Shown one piece after another: positions 39,079-48,163 of a stretch of DNA of 62,095 nucleotides; the stretch's first letter is position 1, and every line of letters begins with the position of its first letter. The notes beneath the pieces are model-generated. The model worked only from the letters and a program-made list of their open reading frames with translations. It was not told the DNA's origin and did no database searches. Position numbers and translations under genes: made by a program. The DNA is from Chloroflexota bacterium (GTDB lineage Bacteria; Chloroflexota; UBA6077; SHYK01): assembly GCA_009377635.1 (NCBI GenBank), contig WHTR01000003.1, forward strand, positions 1 through 62,095. Direction: 5' to 3'.

Positions 39079-39960
39079 TTAGCCCGCACACGCAATTTGA
39101 AAGAAGTTCCCGCTGCGGTCACGGAGAAAGATATCCCGGCCTTCGCGGCGGAAGCGAATCCTGCCTCCATCGTATCTGAGCGACACCGGAGAGATGCGGA
39201 CACTCGCCAGGTACGACGCCACCTCGTGGGGGGCATGCGACGATCGGAACACGAGGCGTGGGGTGTACTTGAGGAATTCCTCCGGCGGCTCCGGCAGCCT
39301 CTGGCCGGTCAGCGTAACCCCGACGTAGCCTTCGCCGAACCGGGTGAAGACTTGGGCCGCCGGCGTCGGGTTCGGCTCATGGGTTCGGAAGGAGACGTAG
39401 GCGTTCCTGGTCCATGGCGCTGCCGAATCCTTCCCTTCGGACCAGCGGTGCGCCTGGGAGACGTCTGCCGTGCTGTAGCCAAAATAGGTATCGAGCTGGC
39501 CACGGAGCGCGTTGAGATAGAACAGCTCCGCGTGCTCGATGTCCTCGACCGGGACGTAGTAGTGATCGATCAAGGTCCCGGCATGATCGGACGGAACGAG
39601 CTCGACGATATTGCCGCTCGGATCCTTCGCGTACGGAGTGGTGTCTCGCTCGCTGGGGTGATCCTCGTGCCAGCGGTTCACCTCGAACCCGGAGGCAGCC
39701 AGGCTATCAGCAACGCGACCAATCTCTGCACGAGGGATGCGGTATCCAACGTGCTGACCAGCGTGTGCAAGGGTTCGGGGACGCGGGTGACGCACGAACT
39801 CGACTGACTGGTCGCCGCCGACGAAGGTCACTCGACGTCCATGCTCACGCCACTGCCCGCGATCCGAGCCAAAGAGCAAGCTGTAGAACTCGCGCGTAGC
39901 TCTCAGATCCGCAGCGTCGAGCACGACGCTAGCAAACCCTTCGAGTTGGAGTGGCCCCAC
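39079..39960 (-). CDS. Tandem VOC protein, triad B
   Basis: GQHVGYRI...KDPSGNIVELV; IDHYYVPV...LRDRSGNFFQIACAG. Confidence 0.8.
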   Translation of the reverse strand: MGPLQLEGFASVVLDAADLRATREFYSLLFGSDRGQWREHGRRVTFVGGDQSVEFVRHPRPRTLAHAGQHVGYRIPRAEIGRVADSLAASGFEVNRWHEDHPSERDTTPYAKDPSGNIVELVPSDHAGTLIDHYYVPVEDIEHAELFYLNALRGQLDTYFGYSTADVSQAHRWSEGKDSAAPWTRNAYVSFRTHEPNPTPAAQVFTRFGEGYVGVTLTGQRLPEPPEEFLKYTPRLVFRSSHAPHEVASYLASVRISPVSLRYDGGRIRFRREGRDIFLRDRSGNFFQIACAG

Positions 39961-39972
39961 CTCCGATGTGTC

Positions 39973-40437
39973 CTACTTCTTGCTGACGAGCGGGTTGTAC
40001 GCGACCTCTTCGTCGCGACGCCAGCAGACTTCCATGAAGTTCCCGCCGGGATCCGTGAAATAGAGGGACTCGCCAAACGGACCGTGCTCGGGATGCTGCA
40101 CCGGCCCTTCGAATGGAAGTTCCAGGTCTCGCGCCCGCGCGACGACGTCGTCAAAGCGCTGGCGGCTCACCGAAAATCCAATGCGGGATCCGTCTTCGCC
40201 TCGTGGCGATTCAGGCAACGGAATGTCGTCCTGATGCGGGAACAGAACGAACAGGTAGCCAGCGACGGTGTTGCACGGATGCGGGGCGCCGCGACCCGCG
40301 CGAACGTCCTCGGTTGCTGAGCTGATGGTGTTACAGTGATGTGCTCCCAGCACATCCACATAGAACTGTTCGCCGGTTCGAACGTCGGGGACGCTGCGAC
40401 CAGTGTGGTTCAAGCCCTCGATGTTTGCCATCGTCAT
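39973..40437 (-). CDS. Single-domain VOC protein, triad B
   Basis: LNHTGRSV, APHPCN, YFTDPGGNFMEVCWRRD. Confidence 0.85.
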   Translation of the reverse strand: MTMANIEGLNHTGRSVPDVRTGEQFYVDVLGAHHCNTISSATEDVRAGRGAPHPCNTVAGYLFVLFPHQDDIPLPESPRGEDGSRIGFSVSRQRFDDVVARARDLELPFEGPVQHPEHGPFGESLYFTDPGGNFMEVCWRRDEEVAYNPLVSKK

Positions 40438-40465
40438 TCGCTCCTCGTGTAGCGTTCCGCCCAGT

Positions 40466-41386
40466 CTATGCCGTGACCGCGACCTTGGGTGGCTTCGAAG
40501 CCTGCTGCGGCTCGAAGCAGGCTCGGTGTATGACCTGGCTGGTATCCACCAGCGCGTGCCCTTCGGGGCTGAAGTTCACCGGGTAGAGGCGCAACGCGTC
40601 GATGTCCGGCTGCCCGCCCGTGGCGTTACCGCAGCGGTCGAAGGTTGCGTGGTGGTACGGACACTGGAAGCGCCAGTGCTCCCTATTCCAGATGATGCGG
40701 CCGTTCATGTGCGTGCACCACCGGCTCATAGCCAGGAACCCTTCCTTCACGCGCACGAGGAACACATCCGCTTCCTTGAAGAGCTTGACATCTCCGACTT
40801 TGAAGCTATCGGCCGGCCCGCAGTCGATCGTTCCGACATTGGGGAGAATCACTTCGGACGCCTCAGGCGCATCGCAGCAGACCTCGAGCGCGTGGTCATC
40901 CGGGTCCCGGAAGTTGACGTTGAACTCACCTTCCGCGAGGTACTGCGCTCGATCCACCCAGACGTCGATCTCGTGCTCCTTGACCTTCTCGAGCAGGCGC
41001 CGATACTGGTTGGGAGTCATGGTGAATGCGTGATGCACGGCGTTCGTGCCCAGCCGCCGGGGAACGACGTTCTTATCCTCAACCAGAACAAGCATACAAC
41101 CCGTGTTCATGCGGAGCACAGCGTGCGGCCGCTGCTCGGCCATGAGGCCGCGGCCGACGATATCCATGCCCATGACGTCATTGTAGAAGTGCTCGCTTCT
41201 GTCGAGACTGCCTACGCCCAACACCAGGTGGCTGATTCGATCGACGAACCCCTCCTCCTGGCGCGAGCCCGGGACGTATCCGTGCCCGCCATACTGGGGC
41301 AAGGCGTCCGACGCCTGCGGGAGCTCCTTTGCCTTTTCGAGCTGTCGTGTGGTCCGGTATCCATTGGCAGGTGCAGCGGTTTCCAT
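40466..41386 (-). CDS. VOC-Rieske [2Fe-2S] fusion protein, triad B
   Basis: YGGHG; ISHLVLGV...VHHAF...RDPDDHALEVC; Rieske CTHMNG...QCPYH. Confidence 0.85.
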   Translation of the reverse strand: METAAPANGYRTTRQLEKAKELPQASDALPQYGGHGYVPGSRQEEGFVDRISHLVLGVGSLDRSEHFYNDVMGMDIVGRGLMAEQRPHAVLRMNTGCMLVLVEDKNVVPRRLGTNAVHHAFTMTPNQYRRLLEKVKEHEIDVWVDRAQYLAEGEFNVNFRDPDDHALEVCCDAPEASEVILPNVGTIDCGPADSFKVGDVKLFKEADVFLVRVKEGFLAMSRWCTHMNGRIIWNREHWRFQCPYHHATFDRCGNATGGQPDIDALRLYPVNFSPEGHALVDTSQVIHRACFEPQQASKPPKVAVTA

Positions 41387-41425
41387 ACGTTTCTCCCTCT
41401 CGCAGATCAGACCATATACCTCATA

Positions 41426-42313
41426 TTATCCCAGGATATCCCATTCCGTCTTCACGAGAAACGACTGTTGGAAATCCATCGCCGCTGGTATGGCGCCATC
41501 GAGCGCACCGGCTATCAAGTTGGCGACAACTGTGGGCGCGTTCTCCACGAAGCGGAAAGTGATGGTGTCGATCTTGGCCCGCCCGGCATAAAAGCGATCG
41601 TAGGCCTTGACCGTCATGTGGCTGCCGAGAACCCACTCATCCATTTGATACGGCCCGACGCCGACGAATCCGGTCGTCCAAAAGGGAAGCTGCTGGAATC
41701 GCTCCTTGTCGGTCCGATAGACCTCCTCAATCAGATGGCCCGGGAGCGGTCCAAGGTCGTCCTCGACGATTCCGTTGGCGAACGGATAGGTTTTCGACCA
41801 TTGCACGACCAGCGTGTGATCATCTGGCGCGTCCAAACCGTCGATGTAGATGGCAACTTTGCCCTGGGAGACGGGGAGCTCCGGGTCTGTGGTGACGGTG
41901 TGCGCGAAGATAAAGTCCTTGGCGGTCAGCGGAGTCCCGTCGTGCCAGGTCACATCGTTCCGCAGTCGATAGGTCGTCTGCATGGTCCCGTCAGGGCGAA
42001 CCACCCAGTCCCCGTTATCCTGCGAAGGGAGGGCTGCGAGCTGCGCATGCAGCTCGCCTCGGTCATCGAGGGTCGCCAGCTTCTGGTGCATCGCTCCCTG
42101 CACATCGCCACCCAGGTTCGGCTGGTTTCCGAGACCGAGCGAGGTGATCAGCACCTGCGGCTCGCCCTGGAGGGCCACGCCGAGTGCTTTCGGGTCCGTC
42201 GAGGGGGCAGCGGGGCTCGTGGACTGACCGCCCGCGGGAGCCGATCCGAGCGGCGCGCAGCTGGTGGCCATGAGGGCAACGGCAATCATCGCCAGGTAAT
42301 GGCGTTTTATCAT
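41426..42313 (-). pseudogene. Family-5 ABC substrate-binding lipoprotein truncated at about half length
   Basis: Lipobox ATSC; PDGTMQTTYRLRNDVTWHDG; stops at VKTEWDILG* where paralogs continue for roughly 270 more residues. Confidence 0.8.
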
Positions 42314-42401
42314 CACCGGCCTGCACCTCGGACCATGACCTTCCGGTTCAGAATCCTACCCTCCACGCCCTCATTGGCATTCGAGCAGAATGCCCGTCCA
42401 C

Positions 42402-43481
42402 CTAACACATGCAGGGCCGTGCCACGGCAAACGAGGCCGGGGTTCCCTTGAGCGGCTTGATCGTATACGCCGAGATCGTGTCCCCAATATCGTAGGGATT
42501 CTGCGGAGCGTTGCGATTCCGTTTCGTAAACCCACGCCCAGCGCCATGGTCAACGCCCTGCGGCGTGAAGAGGATTGAACCCGTCATCGGTCCTGACGAT
42601 AGATAGCGCATCTCGTCGACATCGGCGTCTCGGTGCACCGGAGCCGACGTGCCACCGCCGGAGAGGTGGAGCGTCCATGCAAGATTCTTGGCATTATCCA
42701 GGTAGGCCCCTCCCAGGAACGGAACCGGCGTGCTGCCCAGCTTCTCGATATCCATTACTTTGAACTTGAAGATGCCGATCTCGCCGTCGATGATCTCGGT
42801 GTCGAGTGGATAGCGGTCGTACGTGATGGTCGAGACGTCGCCCAGAAACTCGGAGAACGCGCCGCTGTACTTGACCCGCACCTCGCACCCGCCCTCCGGC
42901 AGCGCACCGTCCGGAAGACGCGGTCGCTCGACCCGGGACGGATCGACCGCTGGTCGACCCTTGCCATACACATGGTCGACCATCTCTACGGGTACGAGAA
43001 ACACTTCGGGACGGGACTCGTAGATCATCCGCAGGGTATCCGGGGCGCCACGTACGGACGCTCGATGGGTTACCCCCTTCGGGATGACCAGGAACTCCCG
43101 CTCATTCACGTCGATGGATCCGAAGTCGGTCTCGTAGGTGAACTGGCCTCGACTGATGAGATGGACCTCATCGGCATCGCAGTTTCGAAAGAAGAACGGC
43201 ATGCTCTCGCGGCGCCGTGAGATCCAGACCGATACGTCGTCGCTGTAGAGAACCTTCGTGGCTTCGCCGAACGGAGACTCCATGTCGGTGGTGGACGGCG
43301 TGCCAGCCGGAATCTCCCAGTTCTGATAGTTTCCTTGAACGCTCTTCCACTCCATGGGGTGCGTCTTGCGATAGAGGACGGCGTCCGTCCCCCAGAGTGC
43401 CCGCCGGTTGTAGTGGTGACGTACCAGGTCGACCTGGCTCATATCCTTCTGAGTGACTCGCCCAGCGGTTGTCTCCGCCAT
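42402..43481 (-). CDS. Divergent homogentisate 1,2-dioxygenase-like double cupin
   Basis: FFRNCDADEVH...ETDFG...VIPKGVTHR; C-terminal PVHRDADVDE...FTPQGVDHG (His/Glu/His iron triad pattern). Confidence 0.7.
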   Translation of the reverse strand: MAETTAGRVTQKDMSQVDLVRHHYNRRALWGTDAVLYRKTHPMEWKSVQGNYQNWEIPAGTPSTTDMESPFGEATKVLYSDDVSVWISRRRESMPFFFRNCDADEVHLISRGQFTYETDFGSIDVNEREFLVIPKGVTHRASVRGAPDTLRMIYESRPEVFLVPVEMVDHVYGKGRPAVDPSRVERPRLPDGALPEGGCEVRVKYSGAFSEFLGDVSTITYDRYPLDTEIIDGEIGIFKFKVMDIEKLGSTPVPFLGGAYLDNAKNLAWTLHLSGGGTSAPVHRDADVDEMRYLSSGPMTGSILFTPQGVDHGAGRGFTKRNRNAPQNPYDIGDTISAYTIKPLKGTPASFAVARPCMC

Positions 43482-43890
43482 CGCCGTTCTCCTCGGGTTT
43501 TCGCGCCATTACGAGCGTGCGCAGCGGACATTCAGGTGCTACCGGCAATCGAACCGCTCGTACCGGACAGGTGCCCGGGCGCGAGCCCGCCAGCCGCGAA
43601 AGCCGGTAGCCCGAGCGCCATCGTATCCGGAGTGGAGGGCAAGGTCAACCTCAACTCGTCAAATCGCCGAATGATCTTGACGAATGCGGCAGGCACTTGC
43701 AGAATGGGTGCGGCACGGGACAGCACCGTAGAATGAGGGTTCGTGCCTTCGGCCAACAACTCAAGGAGGATTGGCCGCGATAATCCGGATGTCGATGTGC
43801 CATTGTCTCAAGCGCTAGAATCTGGCCAGAAGCGGGCGGGAGCCCGCATCCGCGCCTATGTCTGCGCAGCGCGCGGGGAGAGGAGTTTCG

Positions 43891-44766
43891 ATGCATCTCC
43901 AAGACCTACCAAATGCGTCGGATGATGCAACATTTTTTGGAGGTCACGGCAGTCGGCCTGAGGACTGGGGAGCGCACATTCCAGCCGAACGGTTCAGCCA
44001 CCTCGCACTCGGCGTGACGAATCTGGACAGGAGCGAGGAGTGGTACCGCGACGTCATCGGGCTCGACGTCGTCGGCCGCAATCTGACCGCGGAACCATTG
44101 CCGCATAGCGTGCTGCAGATGAACACCGGGCAGCTCATGATCCTCGTTCAGGGTCGGGAGATTCACATTCCGGGACGCTCCGGCGTTCACCACGGGTTCA
44201 TGCTCACGCCGAACCAGTATCGCCGGGCGCACGACCGTCTCAAGGAATTGGGCTACGACATCGGCGACGAGCGGCAACAGTACCGGGCGCACGGCGAGTA
44301 CAGCATCGACATCGAGGACCCGGACGGGCACCGGTACCAGCTCCAGACGTACGGGCCGGAGGCGAACCTGCCGATGCCCGGCGCCGGCATCGTCGATTGC
44401 GGGACCCCGGACACCTACCGCGTCGGGGACGTCCGCGCCTTCAAGGACGGCAACTTCTTCCTGGTGCGGCACCACGAGGGCTTCCTTGCCCTATCGCGGT
44501 GGTGCCGCCACATGAATGGCACCGTCATCTACCAGAAGGCCCATTGGCACTTCGTCTGTCCGTTTCACGACGCCACGTACGACCGACGCGGCGTGGACGC
44601 GCCGTTCATGGGCAACCGTGCCCAGGGCCCGCTGCATCTCCACCCGATCACGTTCGGCCCGGAAGGGCACATCCGGGTCGACACGGACACGATCATCCCA
44701 CGTGATGGCTACGACGCGAGCCAGGCGGCCCAGCCGCCGGCGGCGGAACTCGCAGCCGCGAGGTAG
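43891..44766 (+). CDS. VOC-Rieske [2Fe-2S] fusion protein, triad C
   Basis: MHLQ...GGHG; FSHLALGV...VHHGF...DPDGHRYQLQ; Rieske CRHMNG...VCPFH. Confidence 0.85.
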   Translation: MHLQDLPNASDDATFFGGHGSRPEDWGAHIPAERFSHLALGVTNLDRSEEWYRDVIGLDVVGRNLTAEPLPHSVLQMNTGQLMILVQGREIHIPGRSGVHHGFMLTPNQYRRAHDRLKELGYDIGDERQQYRAHGEYSIDIEDPDGHRYQLQTYGPEANLPMPGAGIVDCGTPDTYRVGDVRAFKDGNFFLVRHHEGFLALSRWCRHMNGTVIYQKAHWHFVCPFHDATYDRRGVDAPFMGNRAQGPLHLHPITFGPEGHIRVDTDTIIPRDGYDASQAAQPPAAELAAAR

Positions 44767-44819
44767 CCGGGCGCTCTCAGGCAACGCGAGACTCGAAATG
44801 CGAAACGCGGAGGAACATA

Positions 44820-45278
44820 ATGGCAGAGGTTGAAAGCATCAGCCACAGCGGAATGGTTGCCCCAGACAGCCGCTCCGTGCATGACTGGTACGAGGACGTG
44901 ATGGGCGGCCATTGGGCCGAGACGGTCAGTCGCAACTACGAGGGGACTCGTGGAGCGAACGCGCACTCCTGCGGCATGATCGCGGACTACCTGTTTGTCA
45001 CCTTCCCGCGCGAGCGCGATATGCCCGGCCCCCAAATGCTGAAAGGCGGCGAGGAGAGCTACCGCCACGCGTGGGCGGTTTCCCGCGAGCGCTTCGAGGA
45101 GAGCCTGAAGTGGCTCGAGGAGCACGGCGTGGAGTTCGAGGGACCGGTGAACCATCCCGAGCATGGGCCCCTGGGCCAGTCGATCTACTTCCGTGATCCG
45201 GGCGGGAACTTCTTCGAGGTCTGCTGGAGGCGTGACGAGAGCCGCGAGTTCAACCCAGTCATCCTGGCGAGCGTCTGA
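44820..45278 (+). CDS. Single-domain VOC protein, triad C
   Basis: ISHSGMV, NAHSCG, YRHAWAV, YFRDPGGNFFEVCWRRD. Confidence 0.85.
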   Translation: MAEVESISHSGMVAPDSRSVHDWYEDVMGGHWAETVSRNYEGTRGANAHSCGMIADYLFVTFPRERDMPGPQMLKGGEESYRHAWAVSRERFEESLKWLEEHGVEFEGPVNHPEHGPLGQSIYFRDPGGNFFEVCWRRDESREFNPVILASV

Positions 45279-46189
45279 TGGCTGCCACGGCTCCCGCGCC
45301 GACCCGCTCCCAGCGCGTCGCCGCTCTGGCCGATCTCCTGGGAGGCGTGATCCTGGAGGTGCGCGACCTCGCCACGACCCGGTCCTTCTACGAGCCCATC
45401 TTCAGCGATGTTCCGGGCACGTGGCAGGAGCAGCGCGGCCGCCTGGTCTACCGGACCGAGCGACAGGCGATCGAGTTCGTCAAACGCGCGCGCCCACGAA
45501 GCTTCGCTGATAGTGGCCAGCACCAGGCGTATCGCGTTCGGCCAGATCGCATAGAGGGACTCACCGAGCGGCTTGCCAAGGATGGCCACGAGGTAAACTG
45601 GTGGCGCGAGGACAACCCGGCTGAGCACGAGGTCGCCCCCTATGTGCTCGACCCCGATGATCATCGGGTTCAGCTCGTCGGCTCGAGCAAGCTGGACCTG
45701 CTCCTCGACCACGCCGCGATGGAGATCCACGCGTTCGACTATTGCGAGCGCGTGTATCGAGGCGTCCTCGGCGGAACGGTTTCCTACTACCACGGCTGGC
45801 GCGTCGAGGACGAGGCGGATGCGAAGCGCTGGGGGCGTGGTGAGGACCCGGCGTTTCCCTGGTCCCGCCGCGACAACCCCGGATGGTTCGACTTCGCGCG
45901 CGCGGCCACCCGGGACCCCAACCTGAGAGTGCCGCGGCCCGCGACACAGGTGTTTCTCGCGTTCGGGTCCACCACCCTCGGTCTGATTAGCGCCTCGAAG
46001 ACCCGCCAGGAGCTGCCGGAGGAGATCATTCGTGGCCTGCCGCGGCTGGTCTTCCATAGCGCGCGTCCGGCCGAGGAGGCGTTCGCGCACATAGAGAAGG
46101 CCCTGCCGATCCCGTGGGAGCGGGAGGGCTCGACCGCCTATGTCCGCGACCCGGACGGCAACTTCGCCGAGCTCAGGTGTGCGGGGTAG
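45278..46189 (+). CDS. Tandem VOC protein, triad C
   Basis: GQHQAYRV...DPDDHRVQLV; LDHAAMEI...YVRDPDGNFAELRCAG; TGATG overlap with the upstream gene. Confidence 0.8.
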   Translation: MAATAPAPTRSQRVAALADLLGGVILEVRDLATTRSFYEPIFSDVPGTWQEQRGRLVYRTERQAIEFVKRARPRSFADSGQHQAYRVRPDRIEGLTERLAKDGHEVNWWREDNPAEHEVAPYVLDPDDHRVQLVGSSKLDLLLDHAAMEIHAFDYCERVYRGVLGGTVSYYHGWRVEDEADAKRWGRGEDPAFPWSRRDNPGWFDFARAATRDPNLRVPRPATQVFLAFGSTTLGLISASKTRQELPEEIIRGLPRLVFHSARPAEEAFAHIEKALPIPWEREGSTAYVRDPDGNFAELRCAG

Positions 46190-46368
46190 TCCGCCCGCGG
46201 CTCGTGATACTCCCTTGCATACAAGGGCCTTGTGGAGTCGAAACGCCCACGAGGTTCTAGCGTACGCGGGGCGCCTCTTGCGGCAACAGAGCAAAGCATT
46301 CATGCAGAGTCCTCATGTGCGAGTTACACTCCATTCATTCCTCCGTATCGCGTCCAGGGAGGCCTAGC

Positions 46369-48102
46369 ATGGGTCTGCCCATAGTGCGGCATCTCGCCAT
46401 CATCCTCGCCGTTGCGAGCATTGCCACGGCCTGCACGCCCGGTGGGCCCCCGGGCCAGGGCGGGTCGGATACCGGCCCAGGTACGACCCCGACTCGCAAG
46501 GCAATCACGATCTCCCTCGAAGGCGAGATCAACGCGCTTGCCACGGAACTCGACTCGGCCGGCGTCTCCGGGCTCTCGAGCTATCTCCACTCGTTCCTGC
46601 ATGACTACGGCACCGTCGCGGGCGACCGAGGCGAGATCCTGCCTCAGCTCGTGGCCGGGCTGCCCTCGCTCGACGACGGCTCGTGGGAGGTGCATGACGA
46701 TGGGCGCATGGACGTCACGTGGAAGCTGCGCCAGGGCGTGCTCTGGCACGACGGCACCGAGTTCACATCTGCGGATATCAAGTTCGGATGGCAGGTCACG
46801 GTGGACGACGCTGCCCCGCTCGGCAACGTGCCAACGGAGTCCAAGGCCGTCACCGCGATCGACACGCTTGACCCCTACACCGTGGTCATGCACTGGAAGG
46901 CGCGGAACCGATTCGGCGCGCAGATGATGCGGAGCCAGTTCAACATCTTGCCGAAGCACCTTCTCGAGGAGGACTTCCTGGCCAACAAGGCAGCGTTTGG
47001 TGGTCATGGGTACTTCACGAGTACGGATGCGGTGATCGGCACCGGTCCCTACCGTGCCGCCGAATGGGTGCGCGGAAGCCATCTGACCGCCCAGGCCTTC
47101 GACGGCTACTACCAGGGGCGGGCCAAGATCGACAGCGTGACATTCCGCTTCATCTCGGACGAGCAGACCACGCTGGCCAACGTTCTCGCGGGTGAGATCG
47201 ACGTCGCCAATCGTGGCCTGGGCTGGACCGGGGTGCAAACGCTACAGCAGCAGTGGGAAAGCACCGGCGCGGGCAAGGTGCAGAACCAGCCGACGAACTG
47301 GCGGCACGTCCTCTTCCAGTTCCGTCCTGAGCTGGCGAGCCCGTCGAGCCTTCTCGACGCGCGGCTGCGCAAAGCGCTGATCCACGGAGTCGACCGGGTG
47401 GCCCTCGTCGATGGCCTATTCCCGGGTGCCGGGGCGGAGCTCGTGGCCCACAGCATCGGCTATCCTGGGACGCCCATTGGCGACGCAGTGGAGAAGTCGA
47501 TCGTCAAGTACAACTACGATCCGACACGTGCGTCGCAATTACTGGCCGAGGCGGGCTGGCAGAAGGGCGGCGACGGCAATCTCGTCAACTCTTCCACCGG
47601 CGAGCGGTTCCAGATGGAATTCAACGCTGGCGGCGGCGACGAGGACGACAAGAGTTTCGCGCTGGCCGAGGCCAACTACCGGCCACTCGGCATCGAGCTC
47701 TTCTATCAGAGCTTCGGCGGCCGGCGGCAGACGCCCCAGGAGAGCGTGACCTTCACCGGCCTGCAGAAGACGGGCTTCCCGTTCAACCACCCGCGCTTCG
47801 CCGGTCGATGGGACAGCCGCGAGGTCGCCGGGCCCGAGAACCGCTACGCCAGTGGCAACCGCAGCGGGTACGCGAATCCACAGTACGACGCGGCGATCGA
47901 CCGGCTCTCGCAATCTCTGCGCGAGGCGGACGAGCTGCGTGCTTGGGGAGAGGCGTGGAAAATCCTCACCGAGGAAGCAGCGGTGATGTCCCTATTCTTC
48001 GTGCCGCAGCCTATCGCGGTGCGGACCGGAGTGGAAGGGGTGTTCCCGGAGAACGCTTCCGGTGAAGCAACTTGGCGCGTCCATACCTGGGAAGTGCAGT
48101 AG
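46369..48102 (+). CDS. Family-5 ABC substrate-binding lipoprotein
   Basis: Lipobox IATAC; WKLRQGVLWHDG; RLRKALIHGVDR. Confidence 0.9.
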   Translation: MGLPIVRHLAIILAVASIATACTPGGPPGQGGSDTGPGTTPTRKAITISLEGEINALATELDSAGVSGLSSYLHSFLHDYGTVAGDRGEILPQLVAGLPSLDDGSWEVHDDGRMDVTWKLRQGVLWHDGTEFTSADIKFGWQVTVDDAAPLGNVPTESKAVTAIDTLDPYTVVMHWKARNRFGAQMMRSQFNILPKHLLEEDFLANKAAFGGHGYFTSTDAVIGTGPYRAAEWVRGSHLTAQAFDGYYQGRAKIDSVTFRFISDEQTTLANVLAGEIDVANRGLGWTGVQTLQQQWESTGAGKVQNQPTNWRHVLFQFRPELASPSSLLDARLRKALIHGVDRVALVDGLFPGAGAELVAHSIGYPGTPIGDAVEKSIVKYNYDPTRASQLLAEAGWQKGGDGNLVNSSTGERFQMEFNAGGGDEDDKSFALAEANYRPLGIELFYQSFGGRRQTPQESVTFTGLQKTGFPFNHPRFAGRWDSREVAGPENRYASGNRSGYANPQYDAAIDRLSQSLREADELRAWGEAWKILTEEAAVMSLFFVPQPIAVRTGVEGVFPENASGEATWRVHTWEVQ

Positions 48103-48163
48103 GCCGGCCCTTCAGGTCTCGCGCTGGCCCTTCATCCTCAGAACGGACAAACTGGAGAAGAGC

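Noticed and set aside
40403-42451. Long antisense ORFs (this one, 30356-32065, 31590-32945, 17288-18766, 257-1147, 45185-46303, 60797-61807 and others)
   Set aside because: They are shadows of real genes on the opposite strand in high-GC DNA, with no motifs or RBS
32160-44766. Respiratory cytochrome bc/b6f Rieske subunits
   Set aside because: No Tat signal or membrane helix, no cytochrome b or c genes; the N-terminus is a VOC domain
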